The position numbers and the translations under genes are program-made. This document shows positions 50,136 to 60,464 of a stretch of DNA of 64,000 nucleotides, one piece after another; position 1 is the first letter of the stretch, and every line of letters starts with the position of its first letter. The notes under the pieces are model-generated. The model worked only from the letters and a program-made list of their open reading frames with translations. It did not search any database and was not told the origin of the DNA. Source of the DNA: an uncultured Planctomycetota bacterium (GTDB lineage: Bacteria; Planctomycetota; Planctomycetia; Isosphaerales; Isosphaeraceae); assembly GCA_963823665.1 (NCBI GenBank), contig CAWGMQ010000002.1, positions 128,001-192,000 on the forward strand. The letters run 5' to 3'.

Positions 50136-51569
50136 ATGGCAAATCGACGAGACCAGCCGATCGCTTGCTGTTTATGTGTGCTTTTCGCGCTGCACGTCCT
50201 GTTCGCGCCCGGGTGCTATGCCCGGTGGCAAGATGAATCGGGAAAATCCGGTCCTCGCCCGCGTCCCAACGTTGTTTTCCTTTACACCGACGATCAGGCG
50301 CAGTGGGCACTCGGAGCCTACGGCAACCGCGAGATCAAAACTCCCAATCTCGACAGCCTGGCCCGACGCGGCGCCCTGTTTCGCAATGCATTCACAGTCA
50401 CCCCGGTGTGCTCGCCGTCCCGTGCAGCTCTCATGACGAGCCGCTACCCAAGCAAGCTGGGAATTGCCGATTGGATCGACCCTCGTAAAGAACCCGAAAT
50501 CGGGCTTGCTCCATCTACGATTACGTGGTCCGAACTGCTGAAAGGATTCGGTTACACCACGATGCTCGCCGGCAAGTGGCACCTCGGAACACGCGACGAA
50601 TTCCATCCCACTCGCCAGGGTTTCGACTTTTTCTTCGGCTTTCGCGACGGCAGTAACCAGCCGATCAATCCCCGGCTTGAAGTGGGCGGCCAATTGCGCC
50701 AGTTGGAGGGATCGCTCCCCGACTTGCTCGTAGACGAGGGCCTGAGCTTCATCGAGCACCATCGCCAGGCGCCGTTTCTCCTGTCGATTCACTTCCGCGC
50801 CCCTCACACGCCTTACGGTCCCGTGCCGGAACAAGACTCCGCCCCTTACCGCGTGCTCGATCCGACAATACCTGACGTGCCCGGCCTTCCCCGTGAACGC
50901 GTGAAGCAGCTCTATCGCGAATACTACGCCAGCGTCACCTCGGTCGATCGCAATGTAGGGCGGCTGCTCACAAAGCTGCACACGTGGGGGCTTGCCGAGC
51001 GAACAGCTGTAATTTTCACGAGCGACCACGGCTACATGATCGGCCAGCATGGACTCTGGCACAAAGGCAACGCCGCCTGGCTAGTCGAAGGCAAAAGGGG
51101 ATACCGCCCCAATATGTATGACGACGCGATCCGCGTGCCGCTCCTCATATCCTGGCCAGGAGTGGTCAAGCCTGGAACCACGGTCGAACGCGTGGTTTCC
51201 AATCTCGACTTGTTACCGACAATCCTCGAAATCGCGGGCCTGCAAACGCCGAGCAACCTTGAGATTCGAGGAAAGAGCGTACTACCGCTCTTGCGAGATC
51301 AGCACGCGGCCACCTGGGATGACACGCTCTTCGGGCAATACGACATGCACCATTACCAGATCGCCCGGATGCGAATGATCCGCACGCCCGACTGGAAACT
51401 CGTCAAACATTTCGAGACCGGCGGGCAGGATGAGCTCTATCACCTGGCTGACGATCCAGGTGAGACTCGCGACCTGGGAATCTCCACGCTGCCGGCGTAC
51501 ATCGCTCAGCTCAACTCCATGTCCGAGCGTCTCAAAACTTGGATGTTGCGGATCGGCGACCGACCGTAG
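50136..51569 (+). CDS. Formylglycine-dependent sulfatase
   Basis: PNVVFLYTDDQ, CSPSRAALMT (CxPxR), GKWHLG, FTSDHG. Confidence 0.95.
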   Translation: MANRRDQPIACCLCVLFALHVLFAPGCYARWQDESGKSGPRPRPNVVFLYTDDQAQWALGAYGNREIKTPNLDSLARRGALFRNAFTVTPVCSPSRAALMTSRYPSKLGIADWIDPRKEPEIGLAPSTITWSELLKGFGYTTMLAGKWHLGTRDEFHPTRQGFDFFFGFRDGSNQPINPRLEVGGQLRQLEGSLPDLLVDEGLSFIEHHRQAPFLLSIHFRAPHTPYGPVPEQDSAPYRVLDPTIPDVPGLPRERVKQLYREYYASVTSVDRNVGRLLTKLHTWGLAERTAVIFTSDHGYMIGQHGLWHKGNAAWLVEGKRGYRPNMYDDAIRVPLLISWPGVVKPGTTVERVVSNLDLLPTILEIAGLQTPSNLEIRGKSVLPLLRDQHAATWDDTLFGQYDMHHYQIARMRMIRTPDWKLVKHFETGGQDELYHLADDPGETRDLGISTLPAYIAQLNSMSERLKTWMLRIGDRP

Positions 51570-51584
51570 CATTCCTGTCATCGA

Positions 51585-53867
51585 TCAATCGTCCAGTGTC
51601 CGAGAACTCCGAGGCAGCCAGCGTATGTAGCTCGCGGGGTCGGAAAAATCGTCAGTCCAGACGGCCGACCTGGCGCGCAAACGTGGTTTCCGCCAGCGAG
51701 GATCGTCCGCCAGGTCACCAAGATCGTTTTCAACCGCGAGCAGAATCGCCCAGATTGAAGGCTTTTTCCCCGCCAAATCCTGCTCGGGACTGACGTCCAC
51801 GTCATACGCAATCCGGCAAACCAGTCCGGCGTCGATCGCTTGCCGGCCGAGCACCGGTTCCAGGTCCAGGTACCTATTCGATAAGTTGAATGCCATCACG
51901 CCCCTCGCCGCGAGCTTCGAGCGATAGAGGCTGATGGCTTCGCGGGAAAGAAGATGCACTGGTAAAGAGTCGGAGCTGAAGGCATCGAACACGATCAACC
52001 CGAATGTATGATCGGGTGCCTCACGGAGCCGCAGTCGCGCGTCACCCAGCACGATTTTCAACGCTTTCGCACGGCAATCCGCCAGATACGTGAAGAACCG
52101 CCGATCGGCAGCAATCCGTGCAATGAGCGGATCGATTTCATAAAACGTCCAGCGTTCATCGGGCCCAGCGTAGCTAGCCAGCGTGCCCGCTCCAAGCCCC
52201 AGGATAGCGACCTCCGGCGCAGTTCGCTTCAACTGAGGGCCAATCCACTCGAACAACCGGCCAATCGGGCCGGATCGAGTGAAGTATGTTAAAGGCTCGC
52301 GAGCGAGTGCCGGATCCAGGCTTTGCTGGCCGTGCAGCGTCGTGCCGTGGAACAGCCTGTGCACGTTTAGCTCTGGATCATGGGTCACCCGCACCACGCC
52401 AAAGAAGCTCCGCTCCACAAGGATTAATCGGCCGTCGACACCGCTTGAAAGCGCACTCGCCGCCAGCATCGCCGTGACACAGAGCGCGAATCGCAACGGT
52501 CGGCGCCTGGCCGTGATTGTGGCAAGCAGCCCCAGGCCCGATGCGATCACAACCGCCAGGACTCCCACCACAGACTCTGCCAGGCCGGCCTGGTTCGTCG
52601 TCAGCATCGCCGTCAACAGGAAGACCGCTCCCGGAAGCAGCAAATCGCGCAACCCCGATCTCCGCCGCTCCACGCTATCTCGAGGAGCCGCCAGCAGCGC
52701 GAGAATCACGGCCAGCGGATACTCGACAACGCGGCTGAACACCAAAGGCGCGACAAGTGCGGTGAAGATGCCGCCGAGCAGGCCACCCACGGCGATCGCC
52801 ACATAAAATGTGCTGGCGTGCTCACCGGCAGGGCGGGCCCGCGCAAGCGCGCCATGGCACGCCACACAACCTGCAAAGAATGCTGCGAGATGAAGCGGGA
52901 TCCATACCGCGTGCGGAAAGCCCGCGCTCATGACCAGCACAAGCGGTGCGACCAGGAAAGGCAGTACACGGCTCATGACGTCGACGGCGCGGGCCCCGAT
53001 GTGCGCAAACGCAACAATGAAGCTCAACAAATAAATGGCCAGTGGAATCACCCACAGCAAGGGGATAGCCGCCAGGTCAGTCGTCAAATAAGTTGTTACA
53101 CCCATCAGCCAGCTCGAGGGAATGAATACGAGAGCGAGCCACCGAGCCAGATCCAGTCTTGAGAGCTTCGTTTTCTTCTCGATTGAATCCCGGATCACAC
53201 CGTCTATGTGAACGCGTCGTTCGGCCTCACCCTGTCTCGACCGGCTCAACCGGCGAGCAAGCGCACCGCAGCAGAGAATCAGAATCGCCAGGAGTAGAAA
53301 CCCGGACCGCCACAGCCGGCTCTGCCAGCTCAAGCTCAAGCGTGGCTCGATCACGAGCGGATAAGCCACAAGCGCCGCCAAGCTTCCCGCATTGCTCGCG
53401 GCATACAGGAAATACGGGTCGCTCGCGCGAGGATGAGGCGAGAGCGCAAACCAGCACTGAAGTAGTGGAGCAGTCGCCGAGACGACGAGGACGGGCAAAG
53501 TTGCCGAGATCGCCAGTATGCCAAGCAAAACGAACGCCGGGTTACGCGTCGCCGGACCAGAAAAGAGGCCGGGGGCAATCTCGATCGGCTGCAACACATA
53601 GCCAAAAGTCAGAACCATCGCAAGCACGGAAAGGTGGAGAACTCCGGCGCTGCTCCGCTGGGTTGTCCCCGTGCGAATGAACCCGTGTGCGAAAAGGTAT
53701 CCACCCAGCAGAATAACCTGAAAGTACACCAGGCATGTGTTCCACACGGCCGGCGTGCCGCCGAGTTCGGGCAAGACCATCTTGCCTATCATGGGCTGCA
53801 CGGAGAACAACAGCGCCGCGCCGAGGAACGATGTCATACCGAAAAGAACCACGACGCCCAGTTTCAT
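51585..53867 (-). CDS. Membrane-bound spermidine-synthase-like methyltransferase fusion
   Basis: Multi-TM region (LGGTPAVW, PYFLYAASNAGS); HGTTLHG, LGLGAG, YEIDP, GDAR, DAFSSD, WTDDFS. Confidence 0.9.
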   Translation of the reverse strand: MKLGVVVLFGMTSFLGAALLFSVQPMIGKMVLPELGGTPAVWNTCLVYFQVILLGGYLFAHGFIRTGTTQRSSAGVLHLSVLAMVLTFGYVLQPIEIAPGLFSGPATRNPAFVLLGILAISATLPVLVVSATAPLLQCWFALSPHPRASDPYFLYAASNAGSLAALVAYPLVIEPRLSLSWQSRLWRSGFLLLAILILCCGALARRLSRSRQGEAERRVHIDGVIRDSIEKKTKLSRLDLARWLALVFIPSSWLMGVTTYLTTDLAAIPLLWVIPLAIYLLSFIVAFAHIGARAVDVMSRVLPFLVAPLVLVMSAGFPHAVWIPLHLAAFFAGCVACHGALARARPAGEHASTFYVAIAVGGLLGGIFTALVAPLVFSRVVEYPLAVILALLAAPRDSVERRRSGLRDLLLPGAVFLLTAMLTTNQAGLAESVVGVLAVVIASGLGLLATITARRRPLRFALCVTAMLAASALSSGVDGRLILVERSFFGVVRVTHDPELNVHRLFHGTTLHGQQSLDPALAREPLTYFTRSGPIGRLFEWIGPQLKRTAPEVAILGLGAGTLASYAGPDERWTFYEIDPLIARIAADRRFFTYLADCRAKALKIVLGDARLRLREAPDHTFGLIVFDAFSSDSLPVHLLSREAISLYRSKLAARGVMAFNLSNRYLDLEPVLGRQAIDAGLVCRIAYDVDVSPEQDLAGKKPSIWAILLAVENDLGDLADDPRWRKPRLRARSAVWTDDFSDPASYIRWLPRSSRTLDD

Positions 53868-54036
53868 GAATCACTCATTCCGCGATCACGATGCGCATCA
53901 TTCCGTTTAGCCCAGGACCAGACTCGGCGCCAAGCATCGGAAAAATGCATCTCGTCGCTCGACGGACAATACAATATCATTTGCGATCCCGGCCCAGGAT
54001 GCCCGGGCGATTCCCCTGAAAAGCTGAGGTCTTCCG

Positions 54037-55968
54037 TTGTCATCATTCCACCGCCGAATTGCCAGCCGGCTTCGATTTCGGGACTATCTGCGGCAGTACC
54101 GGTCCAGCTCGAAAGGCAAGCCGGAACCCCGAGCTGGGCTAAGTGCGGTCAAGCATCGCTCGTTGGCTCGATTATATCGCGAGCTTTACCAGATTCTCGT
54201 GGGCCACCGGGTGACTCTGGCGCTGGCGCTTGCAGGGCTTTCGATCGCAACCGTCATGAAGCTGATTCCACCCGCCGCCACCAAGGCGGTGATCGACTAC
54301 GTCGTGCTGGCCCGGCCGCTTCCTGAAGCAGTCACCTCCTGGCTTCCCTTCTCAGTCCCGGAGTCGCCGAAACTGCGTCTGTTCGGGTTGGTCGCGCTGG
54401 TCCTGCTCGTGTCAATCCTCGGTAAGTTCTTTGGATTGCTCAGCCGCTGGCAGGCAACCCGAGCCACCAAGCGGGTCCAGGTCGCAGTCCGGCGCCAGGT
54501 TTATGAGCACGCCATGCGGCTTCCCTTGCACCGGGTTTATGAGCTCAAGTCCGGCGGCGCTTCGAGCTTGCTTCGCGAGGATGCAGGCGGCGTCGGCGAG
54601 TTGATCTTCAGCATGCTCTATAACCCGTTCCAGGCCGTGGTTCAATTCCTTGGCGGCGTGGTCGTGCTGGCCTTCGTCGACTGGCGGCTCCTGCTTGGTG
54701 CACTCTTGCTGGTCCCCGGCGTCTACTATTCCGATCTCCTCTGGAACCGGCGCATTCGCCCGCTTTTCCGCGATATCCGCAAGGAGCGCCAGGATATCGA
54801 TAGCCAGACGACTGAGGTCTTCGGGGGTATGCGCGTGGTCCGCGCATTCGGCCGCCAGAAGAGCGAATCGGCGCGGTTCATGGGAGAAAACCACTTCATG
54901 GCGAGGCTCGAGCTCCACGCCTGGTGGCTTTCCCGATCGATCGAGCTTCTCTGGGAGTTTCTCTTGCCCATGGCCTCGGTGGGTCTGTTGCTCTACGGCG
55001 GTCTGCAGGTGATCGACGGCCGGCTTTCGCTGGGCGACCTCATGATGTTCCTGGTCTATCTGGCAATGCTCTTGGAGCCCATGGCCGTGCTGGCCACCAG
55101 CGTCACTCAGCTCCAGAACAATCTCTCAGGCTTCGACCGCGTGCTCGATCTGCTCGCCGAGCCGCGCGAAATGGCCGATTGCCCCGGCACTCGTTCCATC
55201 TCCAAGCCCGCAGTCTTGGGCCGGATCACACTCCGGGATGTCGATTTCATCTATCCGGGAACAACCCGCCAGGTCCTCCGCGATATCAACCTTGACGTCG
55301 AATCGGGCGAGACGATCGCCTTGGTCGGTCGCAGCGGATCGGGCAAGACAACGCTCTGTAATCTGGTCGCGCGATTCTATGACCCATCCGCCGGCGCCAT
55401 TGCTCTTGATGGAGTGGATCTCCGTGAGATTCAGGTCGAGAGCTACCGTCAACTCCTCGGAATCGTTGAGCAAGACGTCTTTCTCTTCGACGGCACAGTC
55501 GCCGAGAACATCGCCTACGGCCACCGCTCGGCGACGCCCGCTCGCATCGAACAAGCAGCCCGGGCCGCCAACGCTTCAGAATTCATCGAACGCTTGAGTG
55601 ACCGGTACGACACCGTGATTGGTGAGCGCGGAGTACGCTTGAGCGGCGGCCAGCGGCAGCGCCTTGCGATCGCGCGAGCCGTGTTGGCGGACCCCAGGAT
55701 CTTCATTCTCGACGAAGCAACCAGCAACCTGGATAGCGAAAGCGAACGCCTGATCCAGCAAAGCCTCGAACAACTGCTGCGCGGCCGCACCTCGTTCGTG
55801 ATCGCCCATCGCTTGAGCACGATCCGTCACGCCGATCGCATCCTGGTCCTGGACGCAGGCGCAATCGTCGAGGCCGGCAGTCACGCCGAGCTGATGGCCG
55901 GTAGCGGACTCTACCGCGACATGGTCGAGCTCCAGCGGATCGAACAAGGTGAGGAAATCCGTCCGTGA
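54037..55968 (+). CDS. ABC exporter, fused permease + ATPase (MsbA-like)
   Basis: TM domain; GRSGSGKTT, LSGGQRQR, ILDEATS, IAHRLST. Confidence 0.95.
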   Translation: MSSFHRRIASRLRFRDYLRQYRSSSKGKPEPRAGLSAVKHRSLARLYRELYQILVGHRVTLALALAGLSIATVMKLIPPAATKAVIDYVVLARPLPEAVTSWLPFSVPESPKLRLFGLVALVLLVSILGKFFGLLSRWQATRATKRVQVAVRRQVYEHAMRLPLHRVYELKSGGASSLLREDAGGVGELIFSMLYNPFQAVVQFLGGVVVLAFVDWRLLLGALLLVPGVYYSDLLWNRRIRPLFRDIRKERQDIDSQTTEVFGGMRVVRAFGRQKSESARFMGENHFMARLELHAWWLSRSIELLWEFLLPMASVGLLLYGGLQVIDGRLSLGDLMMFLVYLAMLLEPMAVLATSVTQLQNNLSGFDRVLDLLAEPREMADCPGTRSISKPAVLGRITLRDVDFIYPGTTRQVLRDINLDVESGETIALVGRSGSGKTTLCNLVARFYDPSAGAIALDGVDLREIQVESYRQLLGIVEQDVFLFDGTVAENIAYGHRSATPARIEQAARAANASEFIERLSDRYDTVIGERGVRLSGGQRQRLAIARAVLADPRIFILDEATSNLDSESERLIQQSLEQLLRGRTSFVIAHRLSTIRHADRILVLDAGAIVEAGSHAELMAGSGLYRDMVELQRIEQGEEIRP

Positions 55969-56001
55969 GCTCGGTGAAGCTGACGCGGAACAGCCACCGA
56001 T

Positions 56002-57348
56002 TCACCGTTCCGACAACACCATCTTCACCCCATGTGCCGGCCGCAACGTCATCGTAGGCAATGGTGTCACTCGCGCATCGTCCGCGAGCCGCAGCCGAAA
56101 CCGCTGAGCCACCGCCGCGAGTATCAGGGCCGATTCCATCAGCGCGAAGTTGTTGCCAATGCAGATTCTGGGTCCGCCGCCAAAGGGGAAGTAGGCGTAT
56201 CGGTGCAACCGTTGCAAGAGCCCTCCCTCCCACCGCTCGGGACGAAAAGTCTCGGGGTCATCGAACCAGCGGGCGTCCCGGTGGATGACCCATTGCGGCA
56301 TGAAGAATGTAGTACCAACCGGCATTGTGTAGCCGCCGAGCTCGACCGTCTCGATATTCTCGCGGCCCACCATCCAGGCTGTGGGATAGACGCGCAACGT
56401 CTCGTTGATCACGCTTTCGGTGTATGGCAAACGCGGTAAGTCGGCGACCGTCGCCGGCCGGCCTCCGAGCACTGTCTCGAGCTCCCGGTGCAGCCGCGCT
56501 TCGGCCTCCGGGTGTTGCGACAGCAAGAACCACGTCCAGGTGAGCGTATTCGCGGTCGTTTCATGGCCCGCCATGAAGAGTGTCATGACCTCGTCGCGGA
56601 GCTGAGTGTCTGTCATGCGCCGGCCGCTCTCCTCGTCCTGCGCTTTCAGCAGCATGGACAGCAAGTCGCCGCGGTCCTCCCCGCTCTTGCGGCGCTCGGC
56701 AATGATCGACCGCAAGATCTGCTCCAGCCGCCGGATCGCCCGCTCCACCCGGATGTTCATCGGCGTGGGAAACCAGTGCGGCGGAGACACCAGACTGGCC
56801 GTCCGGACGACGAACGCCTGCATCAGCGTATCCATCGCCGCGCTCACCTCGGCCGAATCGCCGCCAATCTCCGCGTCGAAGAGGGTCTTGGCGACGATTT
56901 CCAGCGTCAGCCGCATCATGGCATCCTGAGCGTCCCGAACCTGACCGTTCGCCCAGCCAAGCAGCATTCGCTCCGTGAGCTGCACCATGAGCTGACCATA
57001 GGCAGCAATTCGCTCGCGGTGAAAAGCGGGCTGCGCAAGCTTCCGCTGTCCACGCCAGAATTCGCCCTCGCTGATCAACAGCCCTTGACCGAGCGTGCGC
57101 GTTGCATCCCTCAACCGATAATGCTTGATGAACTTGCGATTTTGATTGACCAGAACTTCTTCAACCAGATCCGGATGATTGAGGAACACGACGACCCGCG
57201 GGCCAAAACGGGCCCACACAACATCCCCATATTCTTGGGCCCATCGCGTAAGGCTCCCCAGCCGGTCCCGGCCAAATTCCCTCAAATTTCCGAAGAGCCA
57301 CTGCTGCCGCGGACCAGGCGGAATCTGGGGCAGCGCGAGTGTTGACAT
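56002..57348 (-). CDS. Cytochrome P450
   Basis: AGHETT, ETLR, PERW, FGGGPRICIG. Confidence 0.96.
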   Translation of the reverse strand: MSTLALPQIPPGPRQQWLFGNLREFGRDRLGSLTRWAQEYGDVVWARFGPRVVVFLNHPDLVEEVLVNQNRKFIKHYRLRDATRTLGQGLLISEGEFWRGQRKLAQPAFHRERIAAYGQLMVQLTERMLLGWANGQVRDAQDAMMRLTLEIVAKTLFDAEIGGDSAEVSAAMDTLMQAFVVRTASLVSPPHWFPTPMNIRVERAIRRLEQILRSIIAERRKSGEDRGDLLSMLLKAQDEESGRRMTDTQLRDEVMTLFMAGHETTANTLTWTWFLLSQHPEAEARLHRELETVLGGRPATVADLPRLPYTESVINETLRVYPTAWMVGRENIETVELGGYTMPVGTTFFMPQWVIHRDARWFDDPETFRPERWEGGLLQRLHRYAYFPFGGGPRICIGNNFALMESALILAAVAQRFRLRLADDARVTPLPTMTLRPAHGVKMVLSER

Positions 57349-57509
57349 GGTCGGTCCGATCGTTGGCGGATGGATCACGCGAGCGCGTAGACTTTGGGAA
57401 TCTCGGCGCCGGCGACAGGTCGAAGGTTACGGATCCGGCACATCTGGTAGACATTGATACGAAAGTCGGGACAGGTGCTGATCAGGCATACAATTGTGCG
57501 CGACCTCCG

Positions 57510-60302
57510 TTATTTCTTGCGCAACAAGAACGCCAGCAGGTCCCTCATCTCCTGCTTCGTCATCGTGCGGGCCAGGTCCTCGGGCATGATCGAGATCGCC
57601 TGTGGCTTCCGCTCGGCGATATCGCCGCTCTTCAGTTGGATCCTGTGGCCTTCCGAATCGGCGAAGATCAACTCGCCCTCCGGCGACTGCGCGAGCAGAA
57701 TGCCAGTGAATACAGTCCCATCGTTCCGGGCAACAGCGTAGGCGACGAACTGCGGAGCAATCTCCTTGTTCGGTGTAACGATCGATTCGATCAGGCGCCG
57801 TTGGCTCGTGCCGGCTGGCAGCGCGGTGAGATCCGGCCCAGCGCGACTGCCTCGGCCTTGAACCTGATGGCAGCGATAGCATCCCGGCCCTCTGGCATGA
57901 AAGAACACACGCTCGCCCGCGGCCGAATCGGCGGGGCCACTCAACTGAGCCGCGAGAGCGTCGATATCGCTCCCCGGAGCTCGGGCTCCTTTCGACTGTG
58001 GTTGACCAGAAGCCACCCAATTCTGCAGGAAGTCCACCAGTTCAAGCCCCGCTGCATCATCGCGATTTGACCTGTGAAGCATGGACCGCTCACCTTCAGT
58101 AAGCGACACCCCGCGCAGGCTGCGGAGGGCTTCATGCCGCAGCGCCGGTTGACCACCAGAACCTAGAGCCAGCAACACTTCGCGATGCGCAGCGGCTTTC
58201 TCAGCCAGTCCGGCGACTGCCTCGGCGCGAATCACCAGCGACGCGCTTTGGTCACCGGTCAGCCTGGCCAGAATTTCAAATCGCCCGCCGCGCGGGCTCT
58301 GGCACAAACTTCGAACTGCTTCAGTCCGGACGGCCTCGCTGTGATTTCCCAGCAGGCGATTGAGGCGGTCAAGCGTGAGTACCGGATGGTCCGGCCGTAG
58401 CATTCGGAGTGCTTGCTGTAACACCAGGCCCGATGTTCGTTCGTCCTTCACGAGGGCTGCGACGTAGTCTTCACCGGCGATCTCGTCTTGAAGGCTTCGC
58501 GTCTTCCCGTCCAGTCTCTCCAGCGCCGCTAGAGTGGCCTCGAAGAGATTTCTCGCGTCGGCACTCGATGCAAGCGCGGCTTCTAAGGTCGAGCGAAACT
58601 CCTTCAATCGATGCTCACCCACCCACTGGATCGCCGCGAATCGTATGCGTGGATCCGGGTCAGACAGAAAGCCGGGCAAAACTGCCTTGACGTCTGAGTG
58701 ATCCGAATCTCGCAAGATCAGAAGCAAGCCCAGGCGCTGTTCGGCCGAGAGATCCTTTGACCCGGCAAGCGCAACGAGCTCGGTTTCGTGCTGCGAGATC
58801 CGCAGGCCCAGCCGCGCGGCTTGCTGAACGAACGGATCATCCGATCCGAGTGCCTTCAACAAGATCTCTTTGCCACCGGGATCCGACAGACGCCGCATCG
58901 CCGCCGCACGGACAAGCGGCGAGGGATCGGTCCCGGCGATATCCTTTAACTTGATTTGAGCGGCCGGCAGGATGCTCACGCCCAGCGCACGCAAGTCGGC
59001 CGAGTCGTGATGCAAGACAGACGCGGCAAGCTGCCCGTCGACGTTCCCCGTGCCGGCGGCCGCTGCCAGTGCAATCGCGGCCGACCTCCATGCGACAGGT
59101 CTATCTGGATTCAGCCGTGCAACCACGTTCATATCGACTTGGCGAAGCCGCCAGATCCGCCCCTTGCCATGCAGCGTGTATGACTTGTCGACCCAGTCGC
59201 TGATGTAGACCGAGCCGTCGGGCGCGATCGCGATGCCGACTGGCCGGAAATCCTCACCGCCGGTAACCACCGGTTCCATCGTTGCCCGAAACGATGCGCC
59301 ATGAGGCTTGAGCCGGTATCGCTCGATCCGGTGATCGCCCCATGAGGTGACCAGCAAGGTTCCGCGATAGTCTTCCGGAAGTTGATCTCGGTCGTATTCA
59401 ACAACGCCGCTCGGAGCCTCGCCTGTGCCGGCAACCATTCCCAGCGTGCCCGGCAGCTCACCATTCCAGGACGTGAAAGGGTGCACGCCTTTGCGGCCAT
59501 TTCGGAATCGATAGCCGTAGTCGCCTCCTTGCACGATGTGCAGCAGCCGGCAGGGAGGTCGCGAGTCGGGGTCGTTGTCGACGGCAAAGAGCCGTCCGAA
59601 AACGTCGAACGTCATGTGAAACGGGTTCCAGAACCCGGTGGCCACCCGCTCGAGCTTCGAGCCGTCGGGTCGGCATCGATAGATGTTGCCGCCTTCTCCA
59701 CCACCGGAAAGCGCTACTCCGTCGCTTCCGATGAGTCGGTAGTCGGCTCCCAGGTTCTCACCCAACCCGAAGTAGACGTTACCGGCAAAATCAAACGCGA
59801 ACCCCGAGAGCCCGTTGTGCGGGTAGTCGCCCGGCGTGTCCAGGCGAACGAACGGCGCCGGCAAGGAGCCAGGCTTGATGCCATCGGCCTTGCCATCGCC
59901 GTCCCGGTCCCAGAGGCGATAGAGAGCGCTTCGGGTCGCCACGAAGACAGATTCATCACCGGCCACACGCAGGTTCATCGTCATCCGCGTTCCTTCGAAG
60001 AAGGTGCCGGTGCACTCCGGCCTGCCGTCATGGTCCCGATCCTCAAACACACGAATTCGGTCCGCCGGCGGGCCGGAATAATTCGGAGGGCGGAAGTGCG
60101 TGTGACTTTCGATGACAAGTACGCGCCCACGGCCATCAACGGCGATTCCGGTGGGCGTGACAATTTCAGGCTCCGCCGCAATTCGCTCGAGCACCAGTCT
60201 GAAATCAAGCACTTTCGGAGGCACAGTGTTGGGCCTGTCCTCCACGGCGAGCACCGAAAACACGGCAATGCATAATTGAGCGACAGCGCCGATCATCGTC
60301 AT
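57510..60302 (-). CDS. PVC-type heme-binding CxxCH protein (beta-propeller + HEAT + cytochrome c)
   Basis: Signal peptide; ATGFWNPF, DNDPD, FRPVGI..PDGS.YISDW, HEAT repeats, CYRCH...GPDLT, SIMP. Confidence 0.92.
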   Translation of the reverse strand: MTMIGAVAQLCIAVFSVLAVEDRPNTVPPKVLDFRLVLERIAAEPEIVTPTGIAVDGRGRVLVIESHTHFRPPNYSGPPADRIRVFEDRDHDGRPECTGTFFEGTRMTMNLRVAGDESVFVATRSALYRLWDRDGDGKADGIKPGSLPAPFVRLDTPGDYPHNGLSGFAFDFAGNVYFGLGENLGADYRLIGSDGVALSGGGEGGNIYRCRPDGSKLERVATGFWNPFHMTFDVFGRLFAVDNDPDSRPPCRLLHIVQGGDYGYRFRNGRKGVHPFTSWNGELPGTLGMVAGTGEAPSGVVEYDRDQLPEDYRGTLLVTSWGDHRIERYRLKPHGASFRATMEPVVTGGEDFRPVGIAIAPDGSVYISDWVDKSYTLHGKGRIWRLRQVDMNVVARLNPDRPVAWRSAAIALAAAAGTGNVDGQLAASVLHHDSADLRALGVSILPAAQIKLKDIAGTDPSPLVRAAAMRRLSDPGGKEILLKALGSDDPFVQQAARLGLRISQHETELVALAGSKDLSAEQRLGLLLILRDSDHSDVKAVLPGFLSDPDPRIRFAAIQWVGEHRLKEFRSTLEAALASSADARNLFEATLAALERLDGKTRSLQDEIAGEDYVAALVKDERTSGLVLQQALRMLRPDHPVLTLDRLNRLLGNHSEAVRTEAVRSLCQSPRGGRFEILARLTGDQSASLVIRAEAVAGLAEKAAAHREVLLALGSGGQPALRHEALRSLRGVSLTEGERSMLHRSNRDDAAGLELVDFLQNWVASGQPQSKGARAPGSDIDALAAQLSGPADSAAGERVFFHARGPGCYRCHQVQGRGSRAGPDLTALPAGTSQRRLIESIVTPNKEIAPQFVAYAVARNDGTVFTGILLAQSPEGELIFADSEGHRIQLKSGDIAERKPQAISIMPEDLARTMTKQEMRDLLAFLLRKK

Positions 60303-60464
60303 TCGTTCTCCGAAGACCAGGTCGTGCAGGGCGTCTTCCGCAGTATAACCGCATTTCCTTGAGTGGGCCAACGCAAGAGGGCTAGGCCGTTTCGTGGCGT
60401 CAATTGCGGTGCTATGATCACGCTTGGCCAGATCGGCACGAGATCACCTCCCAGGAGAGCGAAC

